A stretch of 52,923 nucleotides of DNA, counting the filler, from Catajapyx aquilonaris (taxonomy: Eukaryota), in NCBI GenBank assembly GCA_000934665.2. It is 2 parts of 2 records of this genome, joined end to end, with 100 filler letters (N's around TTAATTAATTAA, not from the genome) between each part and the next. Parts side by side here need not be neighbours in the genome. Positions count along the whole stretch, not along the records: positions 26,504 to 52,923 come from JYFJ02005214.1; 1 more part is not named here. One strand, given 5' to 3'. Each line of letters starts with the position of its first letter. Position 1 is the first letter of the stretch. Shown here one piece after another: positions 30,060 through 42,946 of the stretch. The position numbers and the translations under genes were made by a program. Under the pieces are notes generated by a model that saw only the letters and a program-made list of their open reading frames with translations, was not told the DNA's origin and did not search any database.

Positions 30060-30211
30060 GGTGGAATTTTCGTCGTACTACGAGTTACTGCTAACTTAGC
30101 AGTACATTTGCAGTATTGCACTACACTGGTACTGCTATAAGTTAGAAATAACTAATAGTACGACCCAAGAGTACGACCTCTTCCCACCATGAGTACGACA
30201 AAAATTCCACC
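30060..30211. mobile_element. Small nested inverted-repeat element
   Basis: GGTGGAATTTTCGTCGTACT...AGTACGACAAAAATTCCACC; CTAACTTACTA occurs on both sides (30036, 30212). Confidence 0.55.
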
Positions 30212-30771
30212 CTAACTTACTAACAGAACAGAGGTGGGCACAGCTATCCGAAAAATTAGCTTCTCTAACAGCTAGGCTAATAAGCTAACTAAAAATTCGC
30301 CTTTGCTAAATAGCTAAAGCTAAGGATTAAATCGGGCCCGTTTACGTTAACCTCTTGTACGACCATAAGTATTACGTTGCCGCATAGCTCGTCTGCTACA
30401 TACTGTATACGCAAATGTGCAATTAATACTCAATGACATTAAAGTGCATAATTTCTGCAGTGGACTTGGCCACTTTTGATCTCAGACCCATCACTAGCCA
30501 TTATTGTCATCCAACTTCTGCAGTATATTGTAAAATATGCGCCTGTAAATGAGCTGACTATTGGACCAAATAGCAAGTGCTGACCAGCATCTATTGTACC
30601 GAATAAGCTATAATTAACTCAGGGGGCTGGTTGAGGTAAGATTTTGGGTGAGGAGCAACAGTGACCATTATTTTTGTACTTCATGGCGGGGTGGTACGAG
30701 ACGCATTCTTTTCCTACAAAAATTGTAGAAGGTGTACTGTACATCAGAATACAAATGTAGCCTACTAGCTA

Positions 30772-31181
30772 CAGGGCGTCACAAGCAGGTCACAATTAAC
30801 AGTTACAAATAACAGTTATTTGCGCCATTCATGTAGCAGCTACATCAGCTTCATCGAAAATATTAGCTGCCAATAGCAGCATACATGTAATCAAGCATGT
30901 AATGAATCCTGTCCGGTTGACCTGGAAAAAATACACTGCCCTGTTTTACCCCGCGTGTGGCGCGGGAGTGGCAGCCTTCTTTGCGGACTCCCGGATTGGC
31001 ATTGGTGCCGCATGTGGCATGTGGTTCCAGCAGATTCATTACATGTATGCTGCTATTGGCAGCTAATATTTTCGATGACGCCGACGAGGTAATAGTTCAG
31101 ACGTAGCTGTTACATGAATGGCACAAAATCACTGCTATTTATAACCGTTAAATCGTCACTTGAACTTGGGATGACTCCCTG
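30772..31181. mobile_element. Nested Tc1-like MITE with long TIRs
   Basis: TA-CAGGGCGTC...GACTCCCTG-TA; internal inverted match CATCGAAAATATTAGCTGCCAATAGCAGCATACATGTAAT vs its complement at ~31038-31078. Confidence 0.75.
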
Positions 31182-32057
31182 TATAATTATGTAGCCCACC
31201 CAATAAAATCACTGTCTTTGCATGACTGATGTCAATTTATCAGTGGCCCTGAAATGGCCCGCTTGTCTACAGAGGAAGAACGAGGTCTGCCGCGATCATT
31301 TCGAGCAGGTTCAACACGCAGTCTTTCCGCAGGCGGTATCGTTGCCGGAGGGACGCGTCGCGTCGTCGTACACCTCCATCGGGTTCTCCGGGTCCCTCAG
31401 ACACACGCGTCGGAGGTCTAGCCGCTTCAGAACGGCTTGAATTTCGACCCCTTCCGCCATTTGCAATCGACCTCAACCCCGAGTTCAGATCTGAACCCTG
31501 GTCGAGGACCGGGGTCAACTCCTCGCCCGACTCAACCCCGGATCGCGGGGTTTCAAGGCCATTATGAATACGAACCCGGGGTCAACTCCGCCTCAACCCT
31601 GGGTTCAACCCCGACCCCGCGTTCGAATTTCATTATGAATACGGGCCATAGTGTTTTGCATGAAGGGTTAATATAGCGGTTATTATTTGTAATATAGGTG
31701 TATCTTGACCGTATCTTCAGAGTACGAGTAAGACAAAATCTAGGCGTTTCGGCCTAGCTGGTAGCAAAGGGCTTAACAGGATGACGGCATGACAACTAAC
31801 GCCATGAAGAGAAATAACAACAAAATCCTTGAGTCCAGGGCTCATAAAGATTCCTGTGTGGTGCATCTGCGTATAAATATGCCCAAATTTTGAAAATATC
31901 ATTATATCTTACGTTAGACTTTACTTACCCATTCTAATGTTTTCATTACCTTCAAAACCGTCACCTTGATCAAAAAAAGCAATTAATTTAGTAATTATGA
32001 GAATTATGCCCGTTATAAGACGGGCACTAATTACTAGCATTGAAGGATTTGTTTATA

Positions 32058-32620
32058 CAGGGTGTTTATTGTAACTCTGCAAAGACTTGCAGGGGTATTA
32101 GAGGGGACCAATTCAAGTATTTTTGACCTAGGAACCCGTGTCCGGAAACGCCATCTAGAGGGGGTTCATAGACAAGGAACGGGTGCGCTCAGACGCTTCA
32201 TGCGGGAGGCGCTAGGCGAGCGGACTGTTTTGTTGATAGATGGCGCTCGGATAGTAAACACCGATGCGATGTGCCATAACCTGGCAACAGCAGAGCCGTC
32301 TAGCAACTATAAAGTATGCCTCCTAGGAGATGCGTGAATAGTCAACAGCGATTTTGTTGTTGCCAGGTTATGGCGTATCGCGTTGTTGTTTACTTACAAC
32401 GACGCGATACGCCATAACCTGGCAACAACTGCGCGCCATCTATCAACAAAACAGTCCGCTCGCTAACGCCTCCCGCCTGACGCGTCAGAGCGCACCCGTT
32501 CCTTGTCTGTGAACTCCCTCTAGATGGCGTTTCCGGACACGGGTTCCTAGGTCAAAAATACTTGTCTTGGCCCCCTCTATTACCCCTGAAAGTCTTTGCA
32601 GAGTTACAATAAACACCCTG
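32058..32620. mobile_element. Tc1/mariner-type MITE, almost fully palindromic
   Basis: TA-CAGGGTGTTTATTGTAACTCTGCAAAGACTT...AAGTCTTTGCAGAGTTACAATAAACACCCTG-TA; arms longer than 200 bp. Confidence 0.9.
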
Positions 32621-32621
32621 T

Positions 32622-32895
32622 ATAATGGATACCCCATGATAGGCCTCCTGCGGCCTCTTAGGGGATCATCTTTTCGTGTACCGTCTTTAATCGTTGCCTG
32701 CGCTGTGATTGATTTTGATTGTGGGAGGAAACGGGAGAACCCCGAGAAAACCTACGCTAACATGGAGAGAACCCATCGAAACTCTATCCACATAAGTATC
32801 CTCTTTCCGATCCGGGGATCGAACTCGGGACCTCAGAGGTGGAAGACTGTGGCCCTAACCACTACCACTACGCCACGGTCGCCACCGTGTCGCCC
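32622..32895 (-). mobile_element. tRNA-derived SINE (family 1, copy 2)
   Basis: Aligns along its length with 20596-20854; B box GAGTTCGATCC on the minus strand. Confidence 0.85.
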
Positions 32896-33239
32896 TACAT
32901 AGTATTGAAGAATTGCCTTCGTGCAACCCGGTGCAACCCATTGTTTTCGCCCTTCCAATCATTCCGATGATGTGATGACATAAATACCCCCTCTTCACCG
33001 AGCCTTTTCATTGGATACCAGCTAAGGCTTGGCTTCTCCCAATCAGAGTGCTCTTCCGCATAGTTCAGTGCACGGTTCAGCGCCCTCTGCAGCCTCACTA
33101 CTTCCTACACCCCTGGCGGTCTCAGTGTCACCCAGTCATCCAGGCAACGCTGCTGCACTTTTCATTTCAGTCTTCATACAAGAGAGATCCAGGTCGTCAC
33201 GAGTTATCCGACAAGAGGTCAGCAGTGTTACAGGTTGCC

Positions 33240-33721
33240 ATGGACAGGGGCGTCTCTCATTCGCGTAACTCTCATCATCTGCGTAAGTATTATATCCTAG
33301 TTTCATCTCCACCTGACCAGACAACTTATGGGGCCATGATTTTCTTTTCCGAACAGCTATGGCAGTGATTGGAGTGATATTGTTCTTGATGTTGCTGGCG
33401 ATAGTGATGGCCATCTGTAAAGCCTGGCGTGATCAGAAGGAGCAGATCTACACCTACTTCAGCTGGCAGACCCTTTCCCTATTCCGCATGTTCGCCTACC
33501 TGGCTATGTTTTGTAAGAAGAAGCCTACTGTGCCAGCCATCGCTAATGATCAGGATTATTTCGGCATCCGGGTGCAGCCGACCCAACCCGCTGTAAATAT
33601 GATCAGCACCCCCACCTGGCACAGTTCATGACTGTTTTTTCTCATTTGCCAATAGGTGTCCTACCACATCTTGATGGCCCAGGAGAATTCCCAGCCCGCG
33701 GACGGCGCCACAAGCGGATAA
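33240..33721 (+). CDS. Small membrane protein family, paralogue B (114 aa)
   Basis: Exons 33240-33282, 33357-33592, 33656-33721. TM MAVIGVILFLMLLAIVMAIC; last exon begins VSYHIL; AATAAA at ~33787. Confidence 0.82.
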
Positions 33722-35039
33722 CGACAAGCTTCGGGAACTCCTCTGTACTCATCAATGAGTTGTAATGGGTGCCATCCCATGTCTGCAATAAAGCAGATTT
33801 TTGAGAAACTTACTTTCGGATTCTCTCCCCCCCCCTCCCCTCCCTTCCTTTTGTTTGCGTTTCAGGCCATTTGTTTTCTTTCTGTTAGCTAGCTACTCTG
33901 TTGTCCCGTGACTGATGGTTATAAGCAGGTAAGAGTGCATATTATGGAGGTCGCGGAATAACATTACTCGGTGGTAGGTTCCCATATTTTCCAGGGAATG
34001 AGGGGGCACCACTGATGTTAGTTGTATGTTTTTGGGTTAAGATTCATTTCTTCTTTTGTTAAAGAAAATTGAGACCGCCTTCTGCTTCCTTAGCTAATAT
34101 TTCCAAAAAACAAGACCCCATTTGCAACTGGGAAGTCGCCACGGGACATGATTATGTTGCAATGAGCTATGTGAGTACTAATTGCTTCGGAGCCTGAATT
34201 TTTCACTCTGCGACATGGCGTGCCCCATCTGTTTGTAAATTTCTTATTGCAATTACCGGTTTATTTAAACTGGTGATGATAATATATTTATAGGGAAATA
34301 GGGGTGGGGGTCGGCTGGCAAGGGCAGTTAGAGGGACTTAGAGGTCACTATTACTGTTTGTATACCAGGGATATGTGCTGTGTTGGCCGTTATACAGGAA
34401 GTATGTTGTGATAAAATGCCATTGCATGAGGTCATTGTCTTCCAGGGGAAAAAAACAATACGTGCCGAAGTGAATGAAACCCTGAAAACTGAATTTTTAA
34501 ATATTGCAAATTATTTTTGAAACGCTCGGTTTTTAAGGTTGCCGATTTCGTATTAAATGCCAAAGTATGCAATTTTCAAAATGGTGAACTTTTGGGGAGC
34601 TTTAAATAACAATGTCCAGGCCCCTGGACTTTGCCCAGGAGCGGGGTGGGACAGCAGCAAGGGTGGCCGACATTCGGGGACAACATGGTAGGCATATGGT
34701 GGGGAACGTTTGAGATCCCGGAGGCCCATTAGCAGATGATATTTCATAATCTGTCAAAGTAACTATAAACCTACCTTTGAAGTAACTGATTTATAACAAC
34801 AACAATATACGGTAATAATCCTGGTAGTGCTTCCACTTCAACAACCGGGTATGTCGCAGCCTGGACCATTATTATCTCCATAAACAAGTGTAACGACTTT
34901 GAACCTTGCACCTCGCCACCCACTCACCACAGCCAGTGAACCTGCGGGTTTCTCAAAAAGGTTCAGACATGGAAATGATTCACAGACAGACCCACAGGAG
35001 GCGACAAGAACGTGGTCTGTAATTAATTATGTTCATGTT

Positions 35040-35041
<2 letters not shown>

Positions 35042-35074
<33 letters not shown>

Positions 35075-35110
35075 TCCCTCTCTCTCTCCCTCTCTCTCTC
35101 CCCCCTCTCT
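35042..35110. repeat. (CT)n microsatellite
   Basis: Interrupted CT dinucleotide run. Confidence 0.9.
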
Positions 35111-35709
35111 CCCACTTTACGAAAATTGTATTTTTTGAAGCCAGTTGATGGAAATAACAGTGACAGGGGTCAGTGGGGTACACGAGATAAGTAGGCCACA
35201 GCACGCTGGACATATCAGGTTATGAAACTCGAGATTGATTTGTCCTGCTTTGCAAATCCCAAAGTTTCAGAATCCGAGATGAAAACCGTGAGAGGGTATA
35301 TCTGGCTCTCACGGTGTTATTTAAGAAGGCATGTTCCTTTTATTCGCATTAAATTTCGCAGCCCACTCTCATACCAAAGGTCACAGACTCACATGTACAG
35401 TATCAGAAAAAAAGTGACGACACAGCTTGAAAGGTGGGGCCGCCTTTATCTCATACGGTTATAGCCAATCACAGACGTGGAAGTTAACTGACAGCAAGGT
35501 AGACCAATCGAGGGCCTTGGAAATGACATGCGACAAGTCCATCTGATTCAGGTATGGTTGCATAAAGGCCTTTCGCACGCTGATTAGCTGCATATGTCTC
35601 AAGGCTGTTGTTCAACTCCGCCTTTAGTACCCCCATCAACTACACCGGCCATCATTTCCTACAGTCCAGCCAGAGGCCTCCATTTCTTGTGTTGCTCTCC
35701 AGCAGCAAG

Positions 35710-36317
35710 ATGTCGACCGGATTGGCAGATACAGACATGATCCTACAGATATCCGAGAAGAACAAAAAGTACTATCAGATGGGAAGCGGTAGCCACTATC
35801 TGGGTTTGTAAATCAAAGTGTCACCTCAACCTGACCTGCCAAATTCTGATAACTTATTCTTCTTCCCAGCAGCAGCATCCATTGTGGCCGTACTTCTGTT
35901 CGTCATTTTTGTAGTTCTGACCTGCACCGGTTGTGGATTTTGGATCAGAGTATTCGATCACATTCGTAGATTCTTCATGAATAGCGTACGTCAGCTGTTC
36001 CCTAGGAGTCCTGCCCTCACTATTCTCCAGGAGAACCAAGTAAATATGTGACTCATACCTTCCCGCCTACGCAGTTCATGACTCCTTTTTTCATCCTTCA
36101 GGATGTGGTGTCATACTCGTGGCTGGAGAGGCAACAAAGCAGCGAAGAGATCACAGAAGAGAACCCCCTGGAAGAGATCATCACAGAAGAGAACCCACCG
36201 GAAGAGAACATCCAGGAAGAGAAGGCCCTGGAAGAGAACTCCACAGAAGAGAACCCGCCGGAAGAGAACGTCCAGGAAGAGAAGGCCCTGGAAGAGAACT
36301 CCACAGAAGAGTGCTAA
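35710..36317 (+). CDS. Small membrane protein family, paralogue C (159 aa) with acidic repeat tail
   Basis: Exons 35710-35803, 35870-36039, 36102-36317 (phases 1, 0). TM SIVAVLLFVIFVVLTCTGC; last exon DVVSYSWL followed by EEN-rich repeats; AATAAA at ~36393. Confidence 0.75.
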
Positions 36318-36631
36318 TGCTGGCAGCCCAACAAACCTCATAACAACTTATGGAGTCACCACGCCTCGGAGTATGTGTGTCAGACAATTGCCAATAAACA
36401 TATTGTTGGGCATCTGATTTTTTCTCTCATTTCTAGCGTTTCCGCAGTCAGAGTTTCAGGCCATCTTTTATTTTAGGTGGCTGCTCAGTGGTCCCGTGCT
36501 TGATGATACTTGCAAGCAGGTATGAGAGTGTATTTTGGAAATGTGGACTTGGTAACTGTGGGCTGTAGGAGAGTGATAGTGTCCTAGGCATGGTTGTAGA
36601 AGACTCAGGTTAGGTCACTCCCCACCCACCC

Positions 36632-36904
36632 CCTGCCGAGGGGTTTTGCAGTGGGTGCTCACCTGAGACCGCCACGAGACATTTCCCAGAGCATTTATGT
36701 GGCGACCCTACCGGACTAAGGCTGAACTTTATAGGTACGAAAGGGAAGCTCTACATGCTGGCCCAACATGGCCGCCGGCATGTAGCCCTCCCCTTTCGTA
36801 ACTATAAAGTTCAGCCTTAGTCCGGTAGGGTCGCCACATAAATGCTCTGGGAAATGTCTCGTGGCGGTCTCAGGTGAGCACCCGCTGCAAAACCCCTCGG
36901 CAGG
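36632..36904. repeat. ~273-bp near-perfect inverted repeat (long hairpin)
   Basis: CCTGCCGAGGGGTTTTGCAG...CTGAACTTTATAG mirrored by CTATAAAGTTCAG...CTGCAAAACCCCTCGGCAGG. TAGTGTCC is repeated directly at 36577 and 36927. Confidence 0.9.
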
Positions 36905-36958
36905 TGATAAGCCCAGAAGATAGGGGTAGTGTCCGTGGGCTAGTCCTAGGGTAAGCGC

Positions 36959-37880
36959 TGTCACGTGTGACATTTTACTTGGATCGTCCCACGGATTGAA
37001 TATGGAATGGAATTGTCGATAAGATTTTTTTTGGTGAGTGCCTGGCTTTGCATAGCCAGTGAGTGGTGTTACTCCAGCGGGGCTGCTTGTGCCCTGTTTT
37101 CGCTGGGGCCACTCATAATCTTTGCCCTTGGGATTGTACGGAGTGTGTTGTACTCGTACGAGTATTGGGGAGACAGTCGGTAGCTCGGAGTGTTTTCTCC
37201 GTATCTGTTCCGCAGTGTGGGAAGGTCACGTCGGTGTGGTGAAATTGTACGCGCTGTCTTTCTTTTACCTTCCCCCCCCCCCCCTTTTTTTCCCTGGTTG
37301 GGCGTGGTGTGTTCTCGGCACCGTTGTTTGCACGGTCGGTGACATGCGGCCAAGTGATGCGTGGAATTCACGCCCCGAATAGTGCGACGTTCACGGAGAT
37401 GTCGTCCCACTTGGAAGTTGGACCTACACGAGAGATTCGGAGAGGAATCATTGAAGTTGGTCAAATGGTGCGTGTTGGAGTTTACCCGCGCTAGTGCGTT
37501 CCTTTTTTGGGGGGTTCGTTTCACTTCAGAAATATTCAGTGAATACGAGACTTGAAGTTGTTTGAAACTGAAAGCACCTTTTGGTGCTGTTAATCCTACC
37601 CAGGACAGTGTTAACCGGTGTGGACGCTCGTTGTGAGTAGGCCTATACAGTTTGGGAGTGTGGTTCAGGCCTGTTAACATTGTGAGTTTAACCTACCTAG
37701 CCGTCCGTTCATATCTCCTAAACTATTTGTGAACCCTTTTGATTTGGACTTTGTCCTCTCGCCTGAACTTTTTTTTTTGTATGTGTGAGAATAAAGATTT
37801 TCTCCAGGAAGCACGTTTAGCATGTCACTCTCTGCTTATTATAGATGCTATTGAGCCTCTCTCAAATTAACTTCGTGACA
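36959..37880 (+). mobile_element. Solo-LTR-like segment
   Basis: Begins TGTCACG and ends CGTGACA (TG...CA inverted ends), AATAAA at ~37790, and truncates a SINE at its right end. No TSD seen. Confidence 0.5.
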
Positions 37881-37965
37881 GTCAGGATCGGCGGCCCCGG
37901 GAATCGAACCCAGGACCTCCCGATTAGCAGTCTGGCTCCTTAACCACCACGCCAACAGGCTTCGG
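37881..37965 (-). mobile_element. tRNA-derived SINE head fragment (family 2)
   Basis: Minus strand TGGCGTGGTGGTTAAG...GGAGGTCCTGGGTTCGATTCCCGGGGCCGCCGATCCTGAC matches 51139-51181. Confidence 0.7.
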
Positions 37966-40900
37966 TGAAGATTGGTAACAGCCTGAAGTCAATTAATCTT
38001 TTGATTGTCAAGGCAAATACCATTTTTCTTGGCGACTGCTAATGGTCAGGCCATTCGAAAATGCGACCGCTTGCAGGTTTTAGATCCAAAGTCTTGTATC
38101 AACAATTCTGCCCGGTATCTTGAATTTTAGACTCTGGAATCCTGCTGGAATCACTAACCTCGAACCTATACTTGCATGGAATGTATTCCAACTTAAGTGT
38201 CCGCACTATAGTGATCAATTTTTAGGCTCAAAGCTGCTTATTTTAAACAGTGGTTATTTCGGAACTGTCATTTTTATAAACTATTCAGAAATTCCCTGAT
38301 ATAGTGTTATGCTTAGGTGACCAATTCGTTCAGGCCTATAATTCCATTGAATTTCCATCTTAAGCCATTTCGATGAACCTTTTTGACCAACTGGCACTAA
38401 AGATCAATGGTTGGACCCATGACATCATCTGTCATTAGGGTAAAAGAATATAATAAATTCGACCTGACAGTTGCAGGTACCGTAATATTTTAGACAACCT
38501 CCAAAAGTGGTTTTGCAAAAGTAACTGCTTAAAAACATGCAGCAAATAGGAAATAATGAAAATAATTCATGTACTGTACGTAAAGTAGCCTACTGTACAT
38601 GATCATTATACTGGTAAAAGGTAGTGTAAGGTCAGCTTTTACAGCAATATTTTTCACTTCTCACGCTAAGATGCATTTTTATCGAAAAATTCCATATTCG
38701 TTGGTAAACCTTTAAAAAATAAAAGCACGATAAATGAATTTGTTTAATTTTAGGAATTTGCTTAGAACATCGAATTCCAGGTCCTATCGACTTCAGTTCC
38801 GTAGCAATATATACAGCCTGTCAGGTTCACAACAATATACATTAAGTTACGCTATTTTTCTTGTTTTGCAAGTAATACAAGCGCCTCTGACTCGATCATA
38901 GAAATATAAAAGTGATTCAGAAGGAAATATTGTTGTATTGCCCAGAAAGGAATATTGTTGTATTGCCCAGAAAGACTGCGAAAAAACCAGGATTGACATT
39001 TTCTTTTTATTTGCCTTATATTTGCCTGAGAGTACAACAATTATTATTAGTTTCTAAATTATGACCAAAAATTTGGAGAAAGTGTGTTTCAAGTGAATCT
39101 CATGACTCATATCCCTGGACACCTCTCTTCCCCCACGAAAGGTTAAGTGAGTAGATGCTTCACATGTGAAATGAGGGTACCGAGTTCAAGAGAAAGAGGC
39201 ACATCGTTGACAATAATAGGTCTGGAGTCGAGTATAACGAGAGGGGACTGGTTGGCCTCAAAGACATTCTGCTCGAAATATGCATACAGGGTGGTTCCAA
39301 CCCCTCTGTTGAGAGAAGCCATTCCAAGCAGGACACCAGCTTCCCCTTTCATTGTACGCCTCCGCTTTTGTCCTCAGCCAACCCCAACCACAATTCCAAA
39401 TGCATTTTCCCCAACCGACTGGCAACAAGTCTTCAATCAATTCCTGCTGTAGTACAGTCGCGAGCAAAAAAATGATGACGGACCAGGGTCCGGTGCTAAA
39501 ACCAACGCAATGTAAAATTGGTCATGCCTCTGCTCCAACGAGAATATACAGCAGAGCACATCATAATCTACCGCAAAATGGTGTTTGAGCTATTGTTGCA
39601 AAAAGCGGGAAATTTCGGCCCTTTATAGGAAAAGCTGATTTTCCCCTAAAACCTATCCAGAACCTCTTTCGGCTTTTATCTCCATTTTTAATGTAGACCT
39701 ATGACTGACTTCACCTGTTTAACAGCTCAAAATCTTATTAACGCAAAAACTAGGAAAATGAGTACGGTATATTATTCCACAGTAAGTGCTCACCAAAAGT
39801 CATGGAGATATATTCAATGATCAAATAATGGCATCATCAGATATCTGCAGGACTTCCTTCAGTGATTGGGTCAGAGAGACCAAGTAGTGTCAGGAAAATA
39901 TTTTGAGGACTTGGATAAAAAAAAATCAACATGAAAGTTCACAAGTTGTACAGTGCAAAACGGTTAATTTCACATGTAACGCAAATTGTGCCTTTTCCAA
40001 TAAAAAGTAGAAAATGAAAGCAGAGACGAATGACTTTTTATCATTACTTGACACCAAACTTGTTATAAAATGAGAAATCTGATGTAGTGGTATAGTGTCA
40101 AAATGTAGGTTAAAAACTTAATTTCCAAATTTATTGTTACCTCCCATAAAGCGCCCCCCCCCTTCGGTTTTGCAACACTATAGTTGGAGCACTATTTTAC
40201 ACTTAACTCCATGGAACATCATTTTTTCTTCTGCGACTGTACAGTACATAATACCAGAGTGATAATACCGGTACTGTACTTGCCAAGCTACACGCACTAT
40301 GTATACATGTCGGTTCCATATCAGCATTACCTGCTAACTATGCAAACATGTCACGGCAATGAAAAGTGTGCAGTTTTAAATCCGGTGAATATTTGCATGC
40401 AGAAAAAAATTTGGTTATAATATTACTCCTCTGAAATGTTCAAGGGGAAAGGCGGGGGAGGAACGTATTCCCTGACGCATTTTCGGGATTTTTTTATGGC
40501 TCTTCTGCTATATAGTGATGGTCATTTCAAATTCATAATTTCCCCCGAGGGAATACTTCCGCCCAGGCATTCCTGACACTTTATAGAGGCATGGTTTTGG
40601 AATCTGTGAACGTAGCACGAGGAAAAAAGCCGTTCCGGCCTTACAATTAAGCTATTTACATATTCTGAATACTGTAGGCTCTATTCGCGGTTGGTATCCA
40701 CTAGATTGAATACAGTCTATCTTAGCCTAACTAATGTCTTTAGCAAAAAGCGATTGATCAGGAGCACTCAATTTTATTTGTGCTTACTGCAGTGATGGTG
40801 TTATTCTGGAAGGTCCGTTTGGCGGCCACGGTTTTCGCCGCAAAATGTGCCTGTTCGTAGGCACTTTCATCTCGCTGAACAGAATAATACAGGTCATCTA

Positions 40901-41884
40901 TTCTGGGCGTAAATGACCATCCGAGTTGCAGGAGTAATCCCTTACGTGACAGATCAAATCCCATAAGAAAAACAAGGTGGAGATGGCGTCATTTTACGGA
41001 TGTCTCGTGCAGTCGGCGAAGGCGAGCTAGGACTTGGAGCCTTGTCAACTCACACCAATCATCAAGGCGTCATCAAGCCATTCTAGTTCTAGCAACTTAT
41101 CATCATTAGATGGAAACAACATTATGACTGCTAGCAGTGCTGCAGGCTAATCAAGCCCAACTGAGGTGAAAGGTCATCTCGCGGCAGGTTGCACTATAAA
41201 CCACACCAAGACAGTAATGTAAATGGGGAAAAGTTTTCAACTCTATTGATATGAAATTCATGAAGTGGCACGTCATCTTTCTGGTGTGCATTGGAGTTCA
41301 TATAATTTTCTACTCGGGAGATGGAAAAATATATAATTTCCCCTATTATTCATATTTTTTCCTTTCTGCGACCCTTGTCTCTTGTAGGGGGCATAAGGCA
41401 TAAAGATCACAAAGACGTTATGAGGAGAAGTGCTCGTTACTTACATTATTTTCGTCTTATAGGGTAGGCTACATGGTCATCTTAATAACAGAGAATATAT
41501 ACACATTATTATATGTTTTCAACGTTAACAAAAAAGGAAATCAGCTACAAAATGTCGTGTCTGTCCATATTAACAAACAGAGGTTGCATCTTTTCGGGTG
41601 GGCACTGTAATTGTTTTGTCCCCAATTGGTCATAAATTTTGTAATACAAAGATAAGTTCACTCTCCAGTTGCACCATTCGCAAGTCTCTCCTGCATCATT
41701 CACCTTGATAATGTAGATTCCTTAATTTTCATATGTATGTAGCGTTAAGTTATACATTAAATTTGTTCACACACACACACTGCCCAGAGCCGAGAGTGAT
41801 CAGACGTGTGAATAAGCTGCTGCACTGAAGATAACATCCGGGCCCAATCGGACCCAATCGGACTCACCGTCAGAACCAGCCGAG

Positions 41885-42724
41885 ATGGCCTCAAAAGAAG
41901 AAATCAAGACCTTACTTGATGATCTCAAGAAGGACATGATGGAACAGTTAACCTCAAAATTGGATCAGACGATGAGACAACTGGACACGAAGTGGTCAGT
42001 AGCGGTGGAAGAAATTCAAACGGGGCAACATAGTTTGGTGACCCAATTGGAAGCAGCCAACGCCCGTATTACCGAGCTACAGAAGACACAGGGAGTGTTA
42101 GTGAAGAAGATAGACGAGGACGAAAACAAAGCACGACGGAATAACCTAATTTTCCACGGTCTACAGGCGGAAGAACCATTGGATTCCTGGAAACAGGTTG
42201 ACAGCACATGTGCCCTTTGAAACTCTACATATTCTGGTGAGTCATGGAGTTGGTACTTAGCTATAAAGGTGCGTAAAGACCTCTTACGCACCTTTATAGC
42301 TAAGTACCAACTCCATGACTCACCAGAATATGTAGAGTTTCAAAGGGCACATGTGCTGGGACGCCCCAGGAGGGGGGGCCCATTGATAGCCGCATTTTAA
42401 AGATCCAAAGATAAGGAGACAATACTAGGAAGAGCAAGGAATCTTAAAGGCACGAATCTATCGATTAATCAGGACTATTCAGCACAAGTGCGTATGACCC
42501 GCGACAAACTACTACCCTTCCTACGGAGGGCTCGCGAAGAGGGCAAGAAAGCAACGTTGAAGTTTGATCAACTGATGATTGAAGGCACGCGCTTTCAACT
42601 CAATACAGAGGGCGGAGTGGATCAGGTGACATACAACGCTGAGAGGCCCTCTAAGGAATACCCGAAGAGGCAAAGGTCTTCCCCAGGTGTACAGCAGGAC
42701 CCCAAGAAAAAGGCGACGAAATAG
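41885..42724 (+). pseudogene. LINE ORF1 (coiled coil plus RRM-like), disrupted
   Basis: Coiled-coil N-terminus, RRNNLIFHGL, FQRAHVLG, LKGTNLSINQDYS. Interrupted by a 75-bp inverted insertion (42202-42276) and an in-frame TAA at 42398. Confidence 0.85.
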
Positions 42725-42946
42725 AGACAACACGACGAGATACGGGAGCGGGCGGAATCAATGGGAGTTATGGTCCATGGGATAGAAGAAGAGGAGGGAA
42801 GTAGCTGGCCAGCGATACAGGAGGTGGATCAAAGCCCGAGGAAACACCCGGACCCAAGGAAGAAGAATCAAAGCAACACACGTGGTGGAAGAGGAAGCAG
42901 GCAATGAAGGAGGGAAGGCGAGTGGCACAAGGTCAACTCCGAAGAA

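Larger units (their letters stand above)
29743..31647. mobile_element. PIF/Harbinger-like non-autonomous element containing nested insertions
   Basis: Perfect TIR GGCCCGTATTCATAATG / CATTATGAATACGGGCC flanked by TTA / ATA; subterminal CCCGGGGTTGA repeats at both ends. Confidence 0.75.

Noticed and set aside
36500..36510. TGATGA in the conserved downstream cassette as a snoRNA C box or selenocysteine context
   Set aside because: Present in only two of four copies (TGATGG in A and B), with no consistent D box or SECIS seen; conserved splice sites and frame explain the block better.
37069..37680. 203-aa minus-strand ORF
   Set aside because: Lies within the LTR-like segment, has a non-ATG start and no domain features.
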